The translations under genes were made by a program, and so were the position numbers. DNA of 39,644 bases from Candidatus Omnitrophota bacterium (lineage in GTDB: Bacteria > Ratteibacteria > UBA8468 > MWAK01): positions 1 through 39,644 of the forward strand of contig JAZDPL010000091.1 of the NCBI GenBank assembly GCA_043797665.1, written 5' to 3'. The notes below the pieces were generated by a model. It worked only from the letters and a program-made list of their open reading frames with translations, had not been told where the DNA came from and searched no databases. Below are positions 8,728 to 17,098 of the stretch, piece by piece. Within the stretch, counting starts at the first letter, position 1. The number at the start of each line of letters is the position of its first letter.

Positions 8728-9897
8728 ATGACTGAGGCAGAGGTTTATCGCTTGTACCGGGATTATATTATTCCGTCATATCAACGGGTTCCTCTCTGTC
8801 TGGTAAAAGGAAACGGCGCCTGGGTAACCGATATTAAAGGCAGACGATATCTTGATTTTTTTCCGGGATGGGCAGTGAGCGGATTGGGGCACTGCCATTC
8901 CAGGGTGGTAGGAGCGATTGTTAACCAGGCGAAATTAGCGCTCCATTTTTCCAATAACTTTTACCAGCCTTATCAGGCGAAATTAGCCCGGACGGTTGTG
9001 GAAGCAAGTTTTCCGGGTAAATGTTTCTTTGCCAACAGCGGCGCTGAAGTTAATGAGGCAGCCATTAAATTAGCGCGTATTTATGGGCAGGGTACCGGCG
9101 GCCGGTATCAGATCATCTCTTTTGACCGTTCTTTCCACGGCCGGACCTTAGCCACCATAGCGTTGACCGGCCAGTCCAAGGTTAAAAGAGGTTTTGCACC
9201 GCTGCCCCCGGGTTTCCGTAAGGCTAAGTTTAATGATTTGGAAAGTGTTAAAAAATCCGTTAATCCGAAGACATCCGCCATCTTTGTGGAACCCATCCAG
9301 GGTGAGGGCGGCGTAAGACCGGCCAGCCGGGAATTCTTGGAAGGTTTACGAAAGATATGTGATGACAACCGGATTATGCTTATCTTTGATGAGGTTCAGA
9401 CCGGAATGGGACGGACCGGCAAGTTCTTTGCCTATCAGAACTATGGGGTTACTCCGGATGCCATGACGCTGGCGAAGACTTTAGGGGGCGGTATTCCGAT
9501 TGGTGCGCTGGTGGCACGGAAGAAATTTGCCGACCTTTTCCAGCCGGGGACACACGCCTCCACCTTTGGGGGCAGCCCGTTGGCTTGTTCCGCAGCCCTG
9601 GCGGTTTTTGAGGCAATCGAAAAAGAGAACCTTCTGGATAATGCACTCAGAATGGGTGCGTATCTTAAAGAAAGTCTGGAAGGAATTTCACCTCTGGTAA
9701 GAGAAGTTCGCGGAGCAGGACTGATGTTAGGTTTGGAATTGAAGAAGGAAGGGGCGGAAATTGTGGCTGAAGCCCGAAAGAACGGGCTCCTGATTAATTG
9801 TACCCAGGAAACAGTTTTGCGGATTATGCCGCCCCTGACCATTACCCGAAAAGAGATTGATTTGGGGATTTCTATATTACAAAAATGTTTAAACTGA
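8728..9897 (+). CDS. argD: Acetylornithine aminotransferase
   Basis: NSGAE, SFHGRT, EPIQGEGG, DEVQTGMGRTG, TLAK, HASTFGG; lies between argB and argF. Confidence 0.95.
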   Translation: MTEAEVYRLYRDYIIPSYQRVPLCLVKGNGAWVTDIKGRRYLDFFPGWAVSGLGHCHSRVVGAIVNQAKLALHFSNNFYQPYQAKLARTVVEASFPGKCFFANSGAEVNEAAIKLARIYGQGTGGRYQIISFDRSFHGRTLATIALTGQSKVKRGFAPLPPGFRKAKFNDLESVKKSVNPKTSAIFVEPIQGEGGVRPASREFLEGLRKICDDNRIMLIFDEVQTGMGRTGKFFAYQNYGVTPDAMTLAKTLGGGIPIGALVARKKFADLFQPGTHASTFGGSPLACSAALAVFEAIEKENLLDNALRMGAYLKESLEGISPLVREVRGAGLMLGLELKKEGAEIVAEARKNGLLINCTQETVLRIMPPLTITRKEIDLGISILQKCLN

Positions 9898-10802
9898 AAA
9901 AGAAGGATTTTCTGCAGGTAGCGGACCTGAGTGCGGACGAAATCTGGCATCTTTTCGAATTGACCAAAGACCTTAAAACCAGGCGAAAACGCGGTGAGAA
10001 AATAATCCCGATTTTACGCGGGCAGGTATTGGGGATGTTCTTTGCCAAACCGTCTACCCGCACCAGGACGTCTTTTGAAGTCGCGATGCTGGAATTGGGT
10101 GGGTACGCGATAAATCTTGATGCCGAAGGTCTTCAGATTGTAAGAGGCGAAACGTTTGCCGATACCGGCCGGTGCCTTTCCCGGTATCTTAACGGTATTA
10201 TGATTCGCACCTACAAACAGGAAGATGTGGAGGTGCTGGCAAAGAGCAGCACTATTCCGGTTATCAATGGTTTGACCGATTTACACCATCCCTGCCAGGC
10301 TCTGGCTGACTTCTACACCATCTGGGAAAAAAGGGGCAGTTTTAAAAGGGTGAAGTTGGCTTTCTTCGGTGACGGCAACAACGTTTGCCACTCTTTGATG
10401 CAGGCCGCAGTGCTTTTAAACGTTGAGATGCAGGTAGTGACACCGCCGGGTTGCCAGCCGCAGAAGACGGTTCTGGCTAATTTGAAGAATAACCACAGGA
10501 AGATTACAACTACTACCAATCCGAAGTTGGACCTTTCCAACGTTGACTTTATTTATACCGATGTCTGGGTAAGTATGGGGGAAGAGAAGAAAAGGAAGAG
10601 AAAAGACGTATTCCAGCCGTATCAGGTCAATGAAAAAATTCTCAAAAAAACCTCCTCCAAAGTAATGGTAATGCACTGTCTTCCCGCCCATCGGGGAGAG
10701 GAGATAACCGATGAGGTAATCGATGGCCCCCATTCCATTGTCTGGGACCAGGTGGAAAACAGGCTGCACTTCCAGAAAGCCCTCCTGGCCGCTTTACTCT
10801 GA
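9885..10802 (+). CDS. argF: Ornithine carbamoyltransferase
   Basis: STRT, HPCQALAD, DGNNV, YTDVWVSMG, MHCLPAHRG. Confidence 0.96.
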   Translation: MFKLKKKDFLQVADLSADEIWHLFELTKDLKTRRKRGEKIIPILRGQVLGMFFAKPSTRTRTSFEVAMLELGGYAINLDAEGLQIVRGETFADTGRCLSRYLNGIMIRTYKQEDVEVLAKSSTIPVINGLTDLHHPCQALADFYTIWEKRGSFKRVKLAFFGDGNNVCHSLMQAAVLLNVEMQVVTPPGCQPQKTVLANLKNNHRKITTTTNPKLDLSNVDFIYTDVWVSMGEEKKRKRKDVFQPYQVNEKILKKTSSKVMVMHCLPAHRGEEITDEVIDGPHSIVWDQVENRLHFQKALLAALL

Positions 10803-10815
10803 AAAAACCCTGTCG

Positions 10816-11850
10816 TTGCGACTGAAAAACCTCCGTCAGCAGATGGAGTCTGAAGAACTCTCCGGTTTTATTTTATCTCTCCCGGAGAATATCGGATACT
10901 TTACCGGACTCTTTCTGGAAGGGACCTGCTGCCTGGTCACATCCCAAGATATCTTTTTATTTGTTCAGATTTTAATTTACGAAGAAGCGTCTTATTATCT
11001 TTCCGAAAGTAAACGGCCGTATTTTCTCAAGCCCTATAAATTTGCTGCCCTCTGGGAGAAAAAATCAGTCCTGGCAAATTTGAAAAGGGTGGGTCTGGAA
11101 CCGGAAAGTTCAGCCAGCCTGCTTTTAAGATTGCAAAAGGCATTTCCGAAGGTTCATTTTTTGGCAAGCCAGATACCGTTAGAGGTCCGTTCCATCAAGG
11201 ATAATTCCGAGGTTGCTTTCATTCGGGAAGCCGGCGGAATTACCCGAAAGATATATCCGCGGATAAAAGGAAGAATCAGGCCGGGAATAAGCGAAGAGGA
11301 AGTAAGCCGGATTTTACGCGGGTATTTACGGGGAAGCGGTGTCCAGGAAGCCTTCCCGGCTATTACCGCTGTCCGCCAGGGCAGCCTCTTCCCGCACGCG
11401 GTGCCTACCCCGAAGGAATTCGGCTCACATGACTGGATGATTTTGGACTTTGGCGCCAGATATTACGGATACTGCAGCGATTTTACCCGGGTCGTCTTTT
11501 CTGGTAAAATAGAGAAGGATGTCAGCCGGGTTTATAATGCACTTGAGGAAGCGAAAGAGAAGGCGGAAGAAAGTGTAATGCCCGGAATTTCGGCAAGGGC
11601 TGTTGATTTCGCCGGACGCAATGTCCTGAAAAAAAGGGGTCTGGCGCGTTATTTCATCCACGGTATCGGACACGGTGTGGGTCTTTCCGTGCACGAAAAA
11701 CCGGTTTTGGGACTTCAGAGTACCGACGTCTTAAAAGAAGGAATGGTCATTACCCTGGAGCCGGCGGTCTATATTCCGGGCTGGGGTGGTATGCGGATTG
11801 AAGATACTTATCTGGTTACCAGAAACGGTTTAGAGAACCTCACCGCATAA
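10816..11850 (+). CDS. Xaa-Pro aminopeptidase (M24 family); start uncertain (TTG 10816 or ATG 10843)
   Basis: LDFGA..YCSDFTR, HGIGHGVGLSVHE, TLEPAVY, GMRIED metal ligands. Confidence 0.9.
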   Translation: MRLKNLRQQMESEELSGFILSLPENIGYFTGLFLEGTCCLVTSQDIFLFVQILIYEEASYYLSESKRPYFLKPYKFAALWEKKSVLANLKRVGLEPESSASLLLRLQKAFPKVHFLASQIPLEVRSIKDNSEVAFIREAGGITRKIYPRIKGRIRPGISEEEVSRILRGYLRGSGVQEAFPAITAVRQGSLFPHAVPTPKEFGSHDWMILDFGARYYGYCSDFTRVVFSGKIEKDVSRVYNALEEAKEKAEESVMPGISARAVDFAGRNVLKKRGLARYFIHGIGHGVGLSVHEKPVLGLQSTDVLKEGMVITLEPAVYIPGWGGMRIEDTYLVTRNGLENLTA

Positions 11851-11859
11851 TAATATGGG

Positions 11860-12015
11860 TACGCACCTTTCCAGACAGCTTTTCTTCGCGGGACGTTTGG
11901 ACGGCCCAGCGTGCCGTCCTGTACTTGACGTTCAGCCGCGCTCTTCCGGCTTTGCCGGAAACCATGCCCGCTTGGCTTCACGACACCCGCTCAGAAAACT
12001 GTCTGGCGGTGCGTA
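11860..12015. repeat. 156-bp element with long terminal inverted repeats (MITE-like or structured ncRNA)
   Basis: TACGCACC.TTT.CCAGACAG.C.TTTTCT..GCGGG pairs with CCCGC..AGAAAA.CTGTCTGG.C.GGTGCGTA; internal hairpins GGACGGC/GCCGTCC and TTCCGGC/GCCGGAA. Confidence 0.7.
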
Positions 12016-12032
12016 AAATAGAAGACCAGAAT

Positions 12033-12080
12033 ATGGACGAAAAAACTCTACGGAGTCTCCTGGAAGGATTTAAAACCGGG
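12033..12080 (+). pseudogene. Truncated 5' end of a larB homolog
   Basis: Encodes MDEKTLRSLLEGFKTG versus MDEKHLRKLLEEFKAG at 14401 (12/16 identical, many third-position changes). Confidence 0.75.
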
Positions 12081-12084
12081 AATG

Positions 12085-12193
12085 GGACCCTTTCAGGGTC
12101 GCCTGTAGGGGTTCGATTCATCGAACCCGAATGTACCTGTGTCATTCTGAGCCCTTCGCTTCGCTCCAGGGCAGGCTCCGCGAAGAATCTATG
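12085..12193. repeat. Stack of three palindromic repeat types
   Basis: GACCCT-TTC-AGGGTC hairpin; single GTAG REP 12104-12129 (GGGTTCGAT-TC-ATCGAACCC); GTCATTCTGAG...GCGAAGAATCTATG element 12141-12193. Confidence 0.8.
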
Positions 12194-12201
12194 AGGATAG
12201 T

Positions 12202-12990
12202 ATGGCGATGAGCGCGAATTCTGTTTTCCATTTTACCAATTCATTAGATAATCTTCTCGGTATTTTGAAAAATGAGTTTTGCATTAGATACAGTCTTGAA
12301 GAGACCATCTATATAGAAGAACAGGCTATACCAATGGTGTGTTTCTGCGATATACCATTGGCCCAAACCAAAAATCATATGGACACCTATGGTACTTATG
12401 GTTTAGGGGTGTCGAAAAAGTGGGCGAAGGAAAAAGGCTTAAACCCTGTGTTGTACCTTCAACATTATTCTTTGCTCCATAAGAATCTCAAATATGTCTC
12501 TCGGCATGCAGCAAAAAAGATCGTTGAACAGTGGGAGTCCAAAGAACCCCAAGAGAAAGAGATAGCCTGGGCAACAGTTCTGAATTGGGCAACAATTCTG
12601 AATATTGTTAGATATGTGAAGATTTCGGAGGGTACCTTATTCAAAGATCCACCAAAAGAAGGGGTAAAATTCTACGAAGAAAGAAAGTGGAGATACATAC
12701 CAAATGTTTTTGTATCTTCATCAAGAATGTCTGCATTGCCTTCATTGCCTTTTCTTACTAAGGCTAATTTCGAAGACGAACCGACGAGGCATATTGAAGA
12801 AAAGAAACTTGAGAATTATAAATTAACCTTCGTGCCAAATGATATGAAGTATGTGATAGTCAACAATGAAGATGAAATTAGTGAAATAATCAAGCAACTC
12901 CGAACTATAAAAGGAAAATTTCCCCCCGAAAGTGTAGATATTTTGTGTTCTCGAATTTTGACCTCGGAACAGATTAAAAAAGATTTTTAG
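12202..12990 (+). CDS. AbiGi-family abortive infection protein
   Basis: SANSVFHFT...L.GIL...F..RYS.E...AIPMVCFCDIPL...HM.TYG.YGLG.SK.WA..KGLNPVLY...FYEERKWRY; AT-rich. Confidence 0.85.
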   Translation: MAMSANSVFHFTNSLDNLLGILKNEFCIRYSLEETIYIEEQAIPMVCFCDIPLAQTKNHMDTYGTYGLGVSKKWAKEKGLNPVLYLQHYSLLHKNLKYVSRHAAKKIVEQWESKEPQEKEIAWATVLNWATILNIVRYVKISEGTLFKDPPKEGVKFYEERKWRYIPNVFVSSSRMSALPSLPFLTKANFEDEPTRHIEEKKLENYKLTFVPNDMKYVIVNNEDEISEIIKQLRTIKGKFPPESVDILCSRILTSEQIKKDF

Positions 12991-13052
12991 TATCTGCATC
13001 ATGGAAAAATAGGGGGTTGTCCCTGATGAAAATTAAATTCGGTTAGAGAACC

Positions 13053-13130
13053 ATGAAAATCACAACGCAAGTAATTCAAGGTGATTGTGCAAAGGAACTT
13101 AAAAAATTAGGAGAGAATTCCATCTGTTAA
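13053..13130 (+). pseudogene. N-terminal remnant of an N4/N6 DNA methyltransferase
   Basis: MKITTQVIQGDCAKELKKLGENSIC* matches the I.GDC...LK.L..NSID opening of beta-class amino-MTases and stops before the DPPY/SPPY motif. Confidence 0.7.
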
Positions 13131-13149
13131 AGCCGAAGAAGGAGCATCA

Positions 13150-14085
13150 ATGAGTTATGAGGGCAAAATGTTTGCGCAGTTTGCCATGCCAAATAGAAAA
13201 CAAGTCGAGAAAACTTTGCTTCGAGTGCTACTGAAACATGAAGGAGTCATTAGGGAATTTGGCGCTGGACAGGAAATCGTCGGTGAAATAGCTGATGAGT
13301 TTGGGTTGAATGAACGTCAACGCTCTGCCGTCTTGGAGACCGTATATCGCAAAGAAAATCGTGTCAAGAAATCGTTTATCTGGCATCGCTTGCTCTTTCG
13401 GGCTGCAGATTCTCTTGCAAAAGCGAACATGGTTTCACGCCCAACGCAAACACTTCAACTTACCAAAAGAAAAGAATGGATGCTGACGGAGAAAGGCTTC
13501 GATGAAGCACTGAAAATTTGCAATATCCCAACCGCAAGAAAGGATTTTTTACCAACCAAGTCTTATGAAGTTCAGAAGATTGTGAAGAAGCTCATCGAAG
13601 CTCCAATGTCTAAGAACTACGACCCATTTGATGAAAACAAGAAGATTACCAAAACGACAAGAAAATCTGCCTTGCGAACTCGAGGCTTTCGTCAAGCGGT
13701 TATTGAAGCATACAGTTGCAGTTGCGCTGTTTGTGGGCTGAAAATCAAATCACCCGACTCATTAACATGGGAAGTGGAAGCTGCACATATTGTTCCCAAT
13801 CGTTCTCTGGGGCGAGACGATATTTGCAATGGGATAGCGTTATGCCATCTTCATCATTGGGCATTTGACGTTGGTTGGTTCACATTGTTAGATGATTACA
13901 AGATTCAAGTTTCACCACAGGTTTATTGTTTACCATCAGACTTCGGGAAAATTGGGAACTATGAATTCGTTCTAGTCCTTGCAGATAAAAAGGCGAGGAT
14001 ACGTTTGCCGAACAGAGACGAAATCCAGCCGCATCACAATGCAATTCGTTGGCATCGTAAAAACATTTTCCACCAACAAATGTGA
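13150..14085 (+). CDS. Mrr_N-like winged helix + HNH endonuclease (putative type IV restriction enzyme)
   Basis: N-terminal MP...L.VL...EIADEFGL.ERQR...L.KANMVSRP...W.LTEKG; C-terminal FRQAVIEAY...CAVCG...EAAHIVP...DDICNGIALCHLHHWAFD.G...I.WHR. Confidence 0.85.
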   Translation: MSYEGKMFAQFAMPNRKQVEKTLLRVLLKHEGVIREFGAGQEIVGEIADEFGLNERQRSAVLETVYRKENRVKKSFIWHRLLFRAADSLAKANMVSRPTQTLQLTKRKEWMLTEKGFDEALKICNIPTARKDFLPTKSYEVQKIVKKLIEAPMSKNYDPFDENKKITKTTRKSALRTRGFRQAVIEAYSCSCAVCGLKIKSPDSLTWEVEAAHIVPNRSLGRDDICNGIALCHLHHWAFDVGWFTLLDDYKIQVSPQVYCLPSDFGKIGNYEFVLVLADKKARIRLPNRDEIQPHHNAIRWHRKNIFHQQM

Positions 14086-14097
14086 TTTGTAAGGAGA

Positions 14098-14292
14098 ATG
14101 ACTATGAAGGATGACCGTGGCGAAGAGATTATCTACGGGATAAATGTTAATGATCTTCAAGAGGTCTCTGATCAAGTGCTTGAACGCCGCCTGACCAGGA
14201 AAGAAATAGCTTTGGTTCAAGAGTCAGTTGGTGATTACGTTGATTGGGTTCAAGCAATTGAGAATGCGATCCGCAAACACGTTCATGAATGA
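14098..14292 (+). CDS. Small hypothetical protein (64 aa)
   Basis: AAGGAG RBS; follows the HNH gene by 12 nt; acidic and helical. Confidence 0.7.
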   Translation: MTMKDDRGEEIIYGINVNDLQEVSDQVLERRLTRKEIALVQESVGDYVDWVQAIENAIRKHVHE

Positions 14293-14331
14293 TTCGGAGG
14301 TTTGTTAACCTTGTTATGATATATTGGTTAA

Positions 14332-14364
14332 GCGCCCGCGGGCTCGATGAATCGAGCCCCTACA
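14332..14364. repeat. Right half of a GTAG REP doublet (left half truncated)
   Basis: GCGCCC-GC-GGGCTCGAT-GA-ATCGAGCCC-CTACA. Confidence 0.88.
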
Positions 14365-14400
14365 AATGATTACCGTTAAAAAATTTATTGATTGTGATTT

Positions 14401-15156
14401 ATGGACGAGAAACACCTGCGCAAATTACTGGAAGAGTTTAAGGCGGGACGGAAGAATGCAGAGACGGTCCTGGCGGAACTGAAGTCCCTGCCGTACCAGG
14501 ACCTGGGGTTTGCCAGATTGGATACCCACCGGGAATTACGCTTCGGGTTTCCGGAGGTTATTTACGCACCGGGCAAGACCGTGCAACAGATTTTAGTCCT
14601 GTTGAAGAAATTAACCGAAAGGTGTCCCGGCCGGAAAAGAGTTCTGGTTACCCGGATTACCGGAGAGCAAGCCGCTTTTTTGCAGAAGAGAATTTCCGGT
14701 TTGAAATACTTTCCGGAAGGCCGAATCCTTACCGGAAAAATTCCGGAACCTGCCACCGCCGGTTATATAATGATAATAAGTGCCGGTACCGCTGACCTGC
14801 CGGTAGCAAAAGAGGCGGAAGTTACGGCGATGGTTCTGGGCAGTCGTATAAAAACCCTCTACGATGTTGGTGTCGCCGGCATCCACCGTCTATTGGATTC
14901 GGTGAAGATGATTCAGGAGGCTGCCTGTCTGGTGGTGGTGGCCGGAATGGAAGGTGCGCTTCCTTCCGTGGTGGCCGGTATTTCCGGGAAGCCGGTGGTC
15001 GGTGTTCCTACCTCCGTGGGGTACGGCGCTTCCCTGGCAGGATTTACCCCTCTTCTGACGATGCTTAATTCCTGTAGCCCGAACGTAGTGGTGGTAAATA
15101 TTGACAACGGGTTCGGCGCCGGGTTCTTTGCCCACTTAATCAACAGGTCATCCTGA
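14401..15156 (+). CDS. larB: Nickel-pincer cofactor biosynthesis protein LarB (PurE/AIRC family)
   Basis: DLGFARLDTHR..R.GFPEVIY..GKT, AGTADLPVA.EA, DVGVAGIHRL, VAGMEGALPSVV, VPTSVGYG, MLNSC...VVNIDNGFGAG. Confidence 0.93.
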   Translation: MDEKHLRKLLEEFKAGRKNAETVLAELKSLPYQDLGFARLDTHRELRFGFPEVIYAPGKTVQQILVLLKKLTERCPGRKRVLVTRITGEQAAFLQKRISGLKYFPEGRILTGKIPEPATAGYIMIISAGTADLPVAKEAEVTAMVLGSRIKTLYDVGVAGIHRLLDSVKMIQEAACLVVVAGMEGALPSVVAGISGKPVVGVPTSVGYGASLAGFTPLLTMLNSCSPNVVVVNIDNGFGAGFFAHLINRSS

Positions 15157-15204
15157 GCGGTAGCGAAGGATCTATGCATTGGTAGCCGCAGGCTTTAGCC
15201 TGCG
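15147..15204. repeat. Two adjacent REP-like elements
   Basis: GTCATCCTGAGCGGTAGCGAAGGATCTATG (15147-15176) contains the larB stop and is related to 12141-12193; GTAGC-CGCAGGCT-TT-AGCCTGCG at 15182-15204. Confidence 0.8.
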
Positions 15205-15226
15205 TATAAGGTAAGGAGAGAAATTT

Positions 15227-15889
15227 ATGGAATTGGTATTGAAACGAATCGGAAAAGAAGTAAAGGCAAGTTTAGACCACAAAGACCGGATGCGGGAAAA
15301 GGTGATGCCGGCCTGCCGCGAGGTCGTCCGGATGGCCTCCGAAATTATCAAGGAAGTACACCGGCACCACTGGGAGAATGCAAAGAAGTACCTTGAAAAA
15401 GCAACCAGGGCGATAAAGGATATCCAGAGACTGCTGGCGAAGGAACCGGACCTGCGCTTTGCCGGTTTTGTAACCATGGCTGAGAAAGAATATGCGGAAG
15501 CCGCCATCACCTTTTCGGTCCTGGGAGAAAAGAGACTTCCCACTCTGGCGGAATTAGCGGTTGCCGCGCCGGAATATCTCAACGGAATGGCCGAGACGAT
15601 TGGGGAACTGAGGCGGCATCTGCTTGACCGCCTGCGCAAGCATGAGTACCAGGAGGCGGAGCGGCTCTTGAACGTAATGGACAGTTTTTATTCCTTCCTT
15701 TTTTCTCTGGATTACCCGGATGCCATTTTACGCGGTTTACGCCGGATGGTTGACAATGACCGCAGTATCATTGAACGTACCCGGGGTGATCTGACAACCG
15801 CTTTGATTCAGGAAAACCTCCGTCAGGAAATACTGCGGATGGAGAAGTTAATGAGAGGGGGGAGAGATGTCAAACAAAACAAAGAGTGA
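15227..15889 (+). CDS. Translin/Trax-family protein (archaeal-type COG2178)
   Basis: D..RE.....R.VVR.A...I..VH; EKEYAEA and EYLNG.AE.IGELRR; F.LDYPDA...GLRR..D..R...ERTRGD. AAGGAG RBS. Confidence 0.88.
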   Translation: MELVLKRIGKEVKASLDHKDRMREKVMPACREVVRMASEIIKEVHRHHWENAKKYLEKATRAIKDIQRLLAKEPDLRFAGFVTMAEKEYAEAAITFSVLGEKRLPTLAELAVAAPEYLNGMAETIGELRRHLLDRLRKHEYQEAERLLNVMDSFYSFLFSLDYPDAILRGLRRMVDNDRSIIERTRGDLTTALIQENLRQEILRMEKLMRGGRDVKQNKE

Positions 15890-17084
15890 AAAAGCTTTAG
15901 AACAAGGTAAGGGAATCCTGCGTCTGTTACCAACCTGGGTACCGCGTTCTTTCTGCATCCCGGGGCGAAGAATTAAACTCCATCCGGATGATTACTACGC
16001 GTTGGGTGGAGCGCGGGGCGGTATCGATGAACGTTGGTTTGCCTCCACCACGCCTGCGGACAATGGTCCGCTGACCTCGCCCAACGAAGGCTTAAGTTTT
16101 GTCGTCTTTGAGGACGGGAACAAAACAGAACGCATCCTCCTACGCGATGCCATTGAAGAATTGAAAGGCGAATTGTTGGGTGAACGACTCTGGAATGCGT
16201 ATCATTCCTGGCCGCTGTACGCCAAGTTCTTTGATAACCAGGGAGCCCTGCCCCACCATATTCATCACCGGGATAAACATGCGGCCCTGGTAGGGCAGTT
16301 GGGCAAGCCGGAGGCATACTATTTCCCTTTCCAGATGAATAACCACGGCGGGGACTTTCCCTATACCTTTTTCGGATTTGAACCCGGTACGACCAAAGAA
16401 CAGGTTAAGGAATGCCTGATGAACTTCACCAAGGGTGACAACAAAATCACCAACCTTTCCCGTGCCTACCGGTTAGAGCCGGGAACGGGTTGGGACGTGC
16501 CGCCGGGAGTACTGCACGCACCCGGGAGTCTCTGTACCTATGAACCCCAGAAAGCATCGGACGTTTTTGCGATGTACCAGTCTCTGGTTGGCGACCAGGT
16601 CATACCGGTGGATCTGCTCTGGAAAACCGCACCGCCCGATAGGAAAGGGGATTACGATTACCTGATGGAAGTGCTTGACTGGGAGATGAACGTGGACCCT
16701 GAGTTTATGGCACATCGTCTGATGCGGCCCAAGCCGGTCAGAGCGAAAGAAGAGATGGAGGCTGAAGGCTATTCTGAAAACTGGATTTGTTATAAGTCAA
16801 GCGATTTCAGCGCCAGGGAACTGACCGTACTGCCGGGCAAGACCGTTACCGTTCGCGACAGCGCTGCCTATGGAATGATTATGGTTCAGGGTCACGGCAA
16901 GATGGCTGGATGGGAGATTGAGACACCCACCCTGATTCGGTACGGCCATCTGACCAGTGACGAATTCTTTGTCAGTGAATCTGCCGGAAGGCAGGGTGTT
17001 ACCATTACCAACTATTCCCGGACCGAGCCGATTGTAATGCTGAAACACTTTGGTCCGGAGAACCCGGATTTAAAATTAACGTAA
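15867..17084 (+). CDS. Cupin-fold protein, class I mannose-6-phosphate isomerase-like
   Basis: KFFDN...LPHHIH, GKPEAYYF, VPPGVLHAPG...YEPQ..SD resemble PMI type I metal motifs; overlaps the translin gene by 23 nt. Confidence 0.65.
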   Translation: MSNKTKSEKALEQGKGILRLLPTWVPRSFCIPGRRIKLHPDDYYALGGARGGIDERWFASTTPADNGPLTSPNEGLSFVVFEDGNKTERILLRDAIEELKGELLGERLWNAYHSWPLYAKFFDNQGALPHHIHHRDKHAALVGQLGKPEAYYFPFQMNNHGGDFPYTFFGFEPGTTKEQVKECLMNFTKGDNKITNLSRAYRLEPGTGWDVPPGVLHAPGSLCTYEPQKASDVFAMYQSLVGDQVIPVDLLWKTAPPDRKGDYDYLMEVLDWEMNVDPEFMAHRLMRPKPVRAKEEMEAEGYSENWICYKSSDFSARELTVLPGKTVTVRDSAAYGMIMVQGHGKMAGWEIETPTLIRYGHLTSDEFFVSESAGRQGVTITNYSRTEPIVMLKHFGPENPDLKLT

Positions 17085-17098
17085 CTATTTGATTCCAG

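Noticed and set aside
10723..10815. ORF-track start of the M24 peptidase
   Set aside because: Overlaps the conserved argF C-terminus by 80 nt; family-like sequence begins near RLKNLRQ.
11860..12015. Firm call as 6S RNA, SRP RNA or tmRNA
   Set aside because: Branched interior without recognisable conserved motifs; kept only as an unclassified element.
11925..12194. 89-aa ORF
   Set aside because: Read-through of the fold-back element, the larB remnant and REPs; only 12033-12080 is protein-like.
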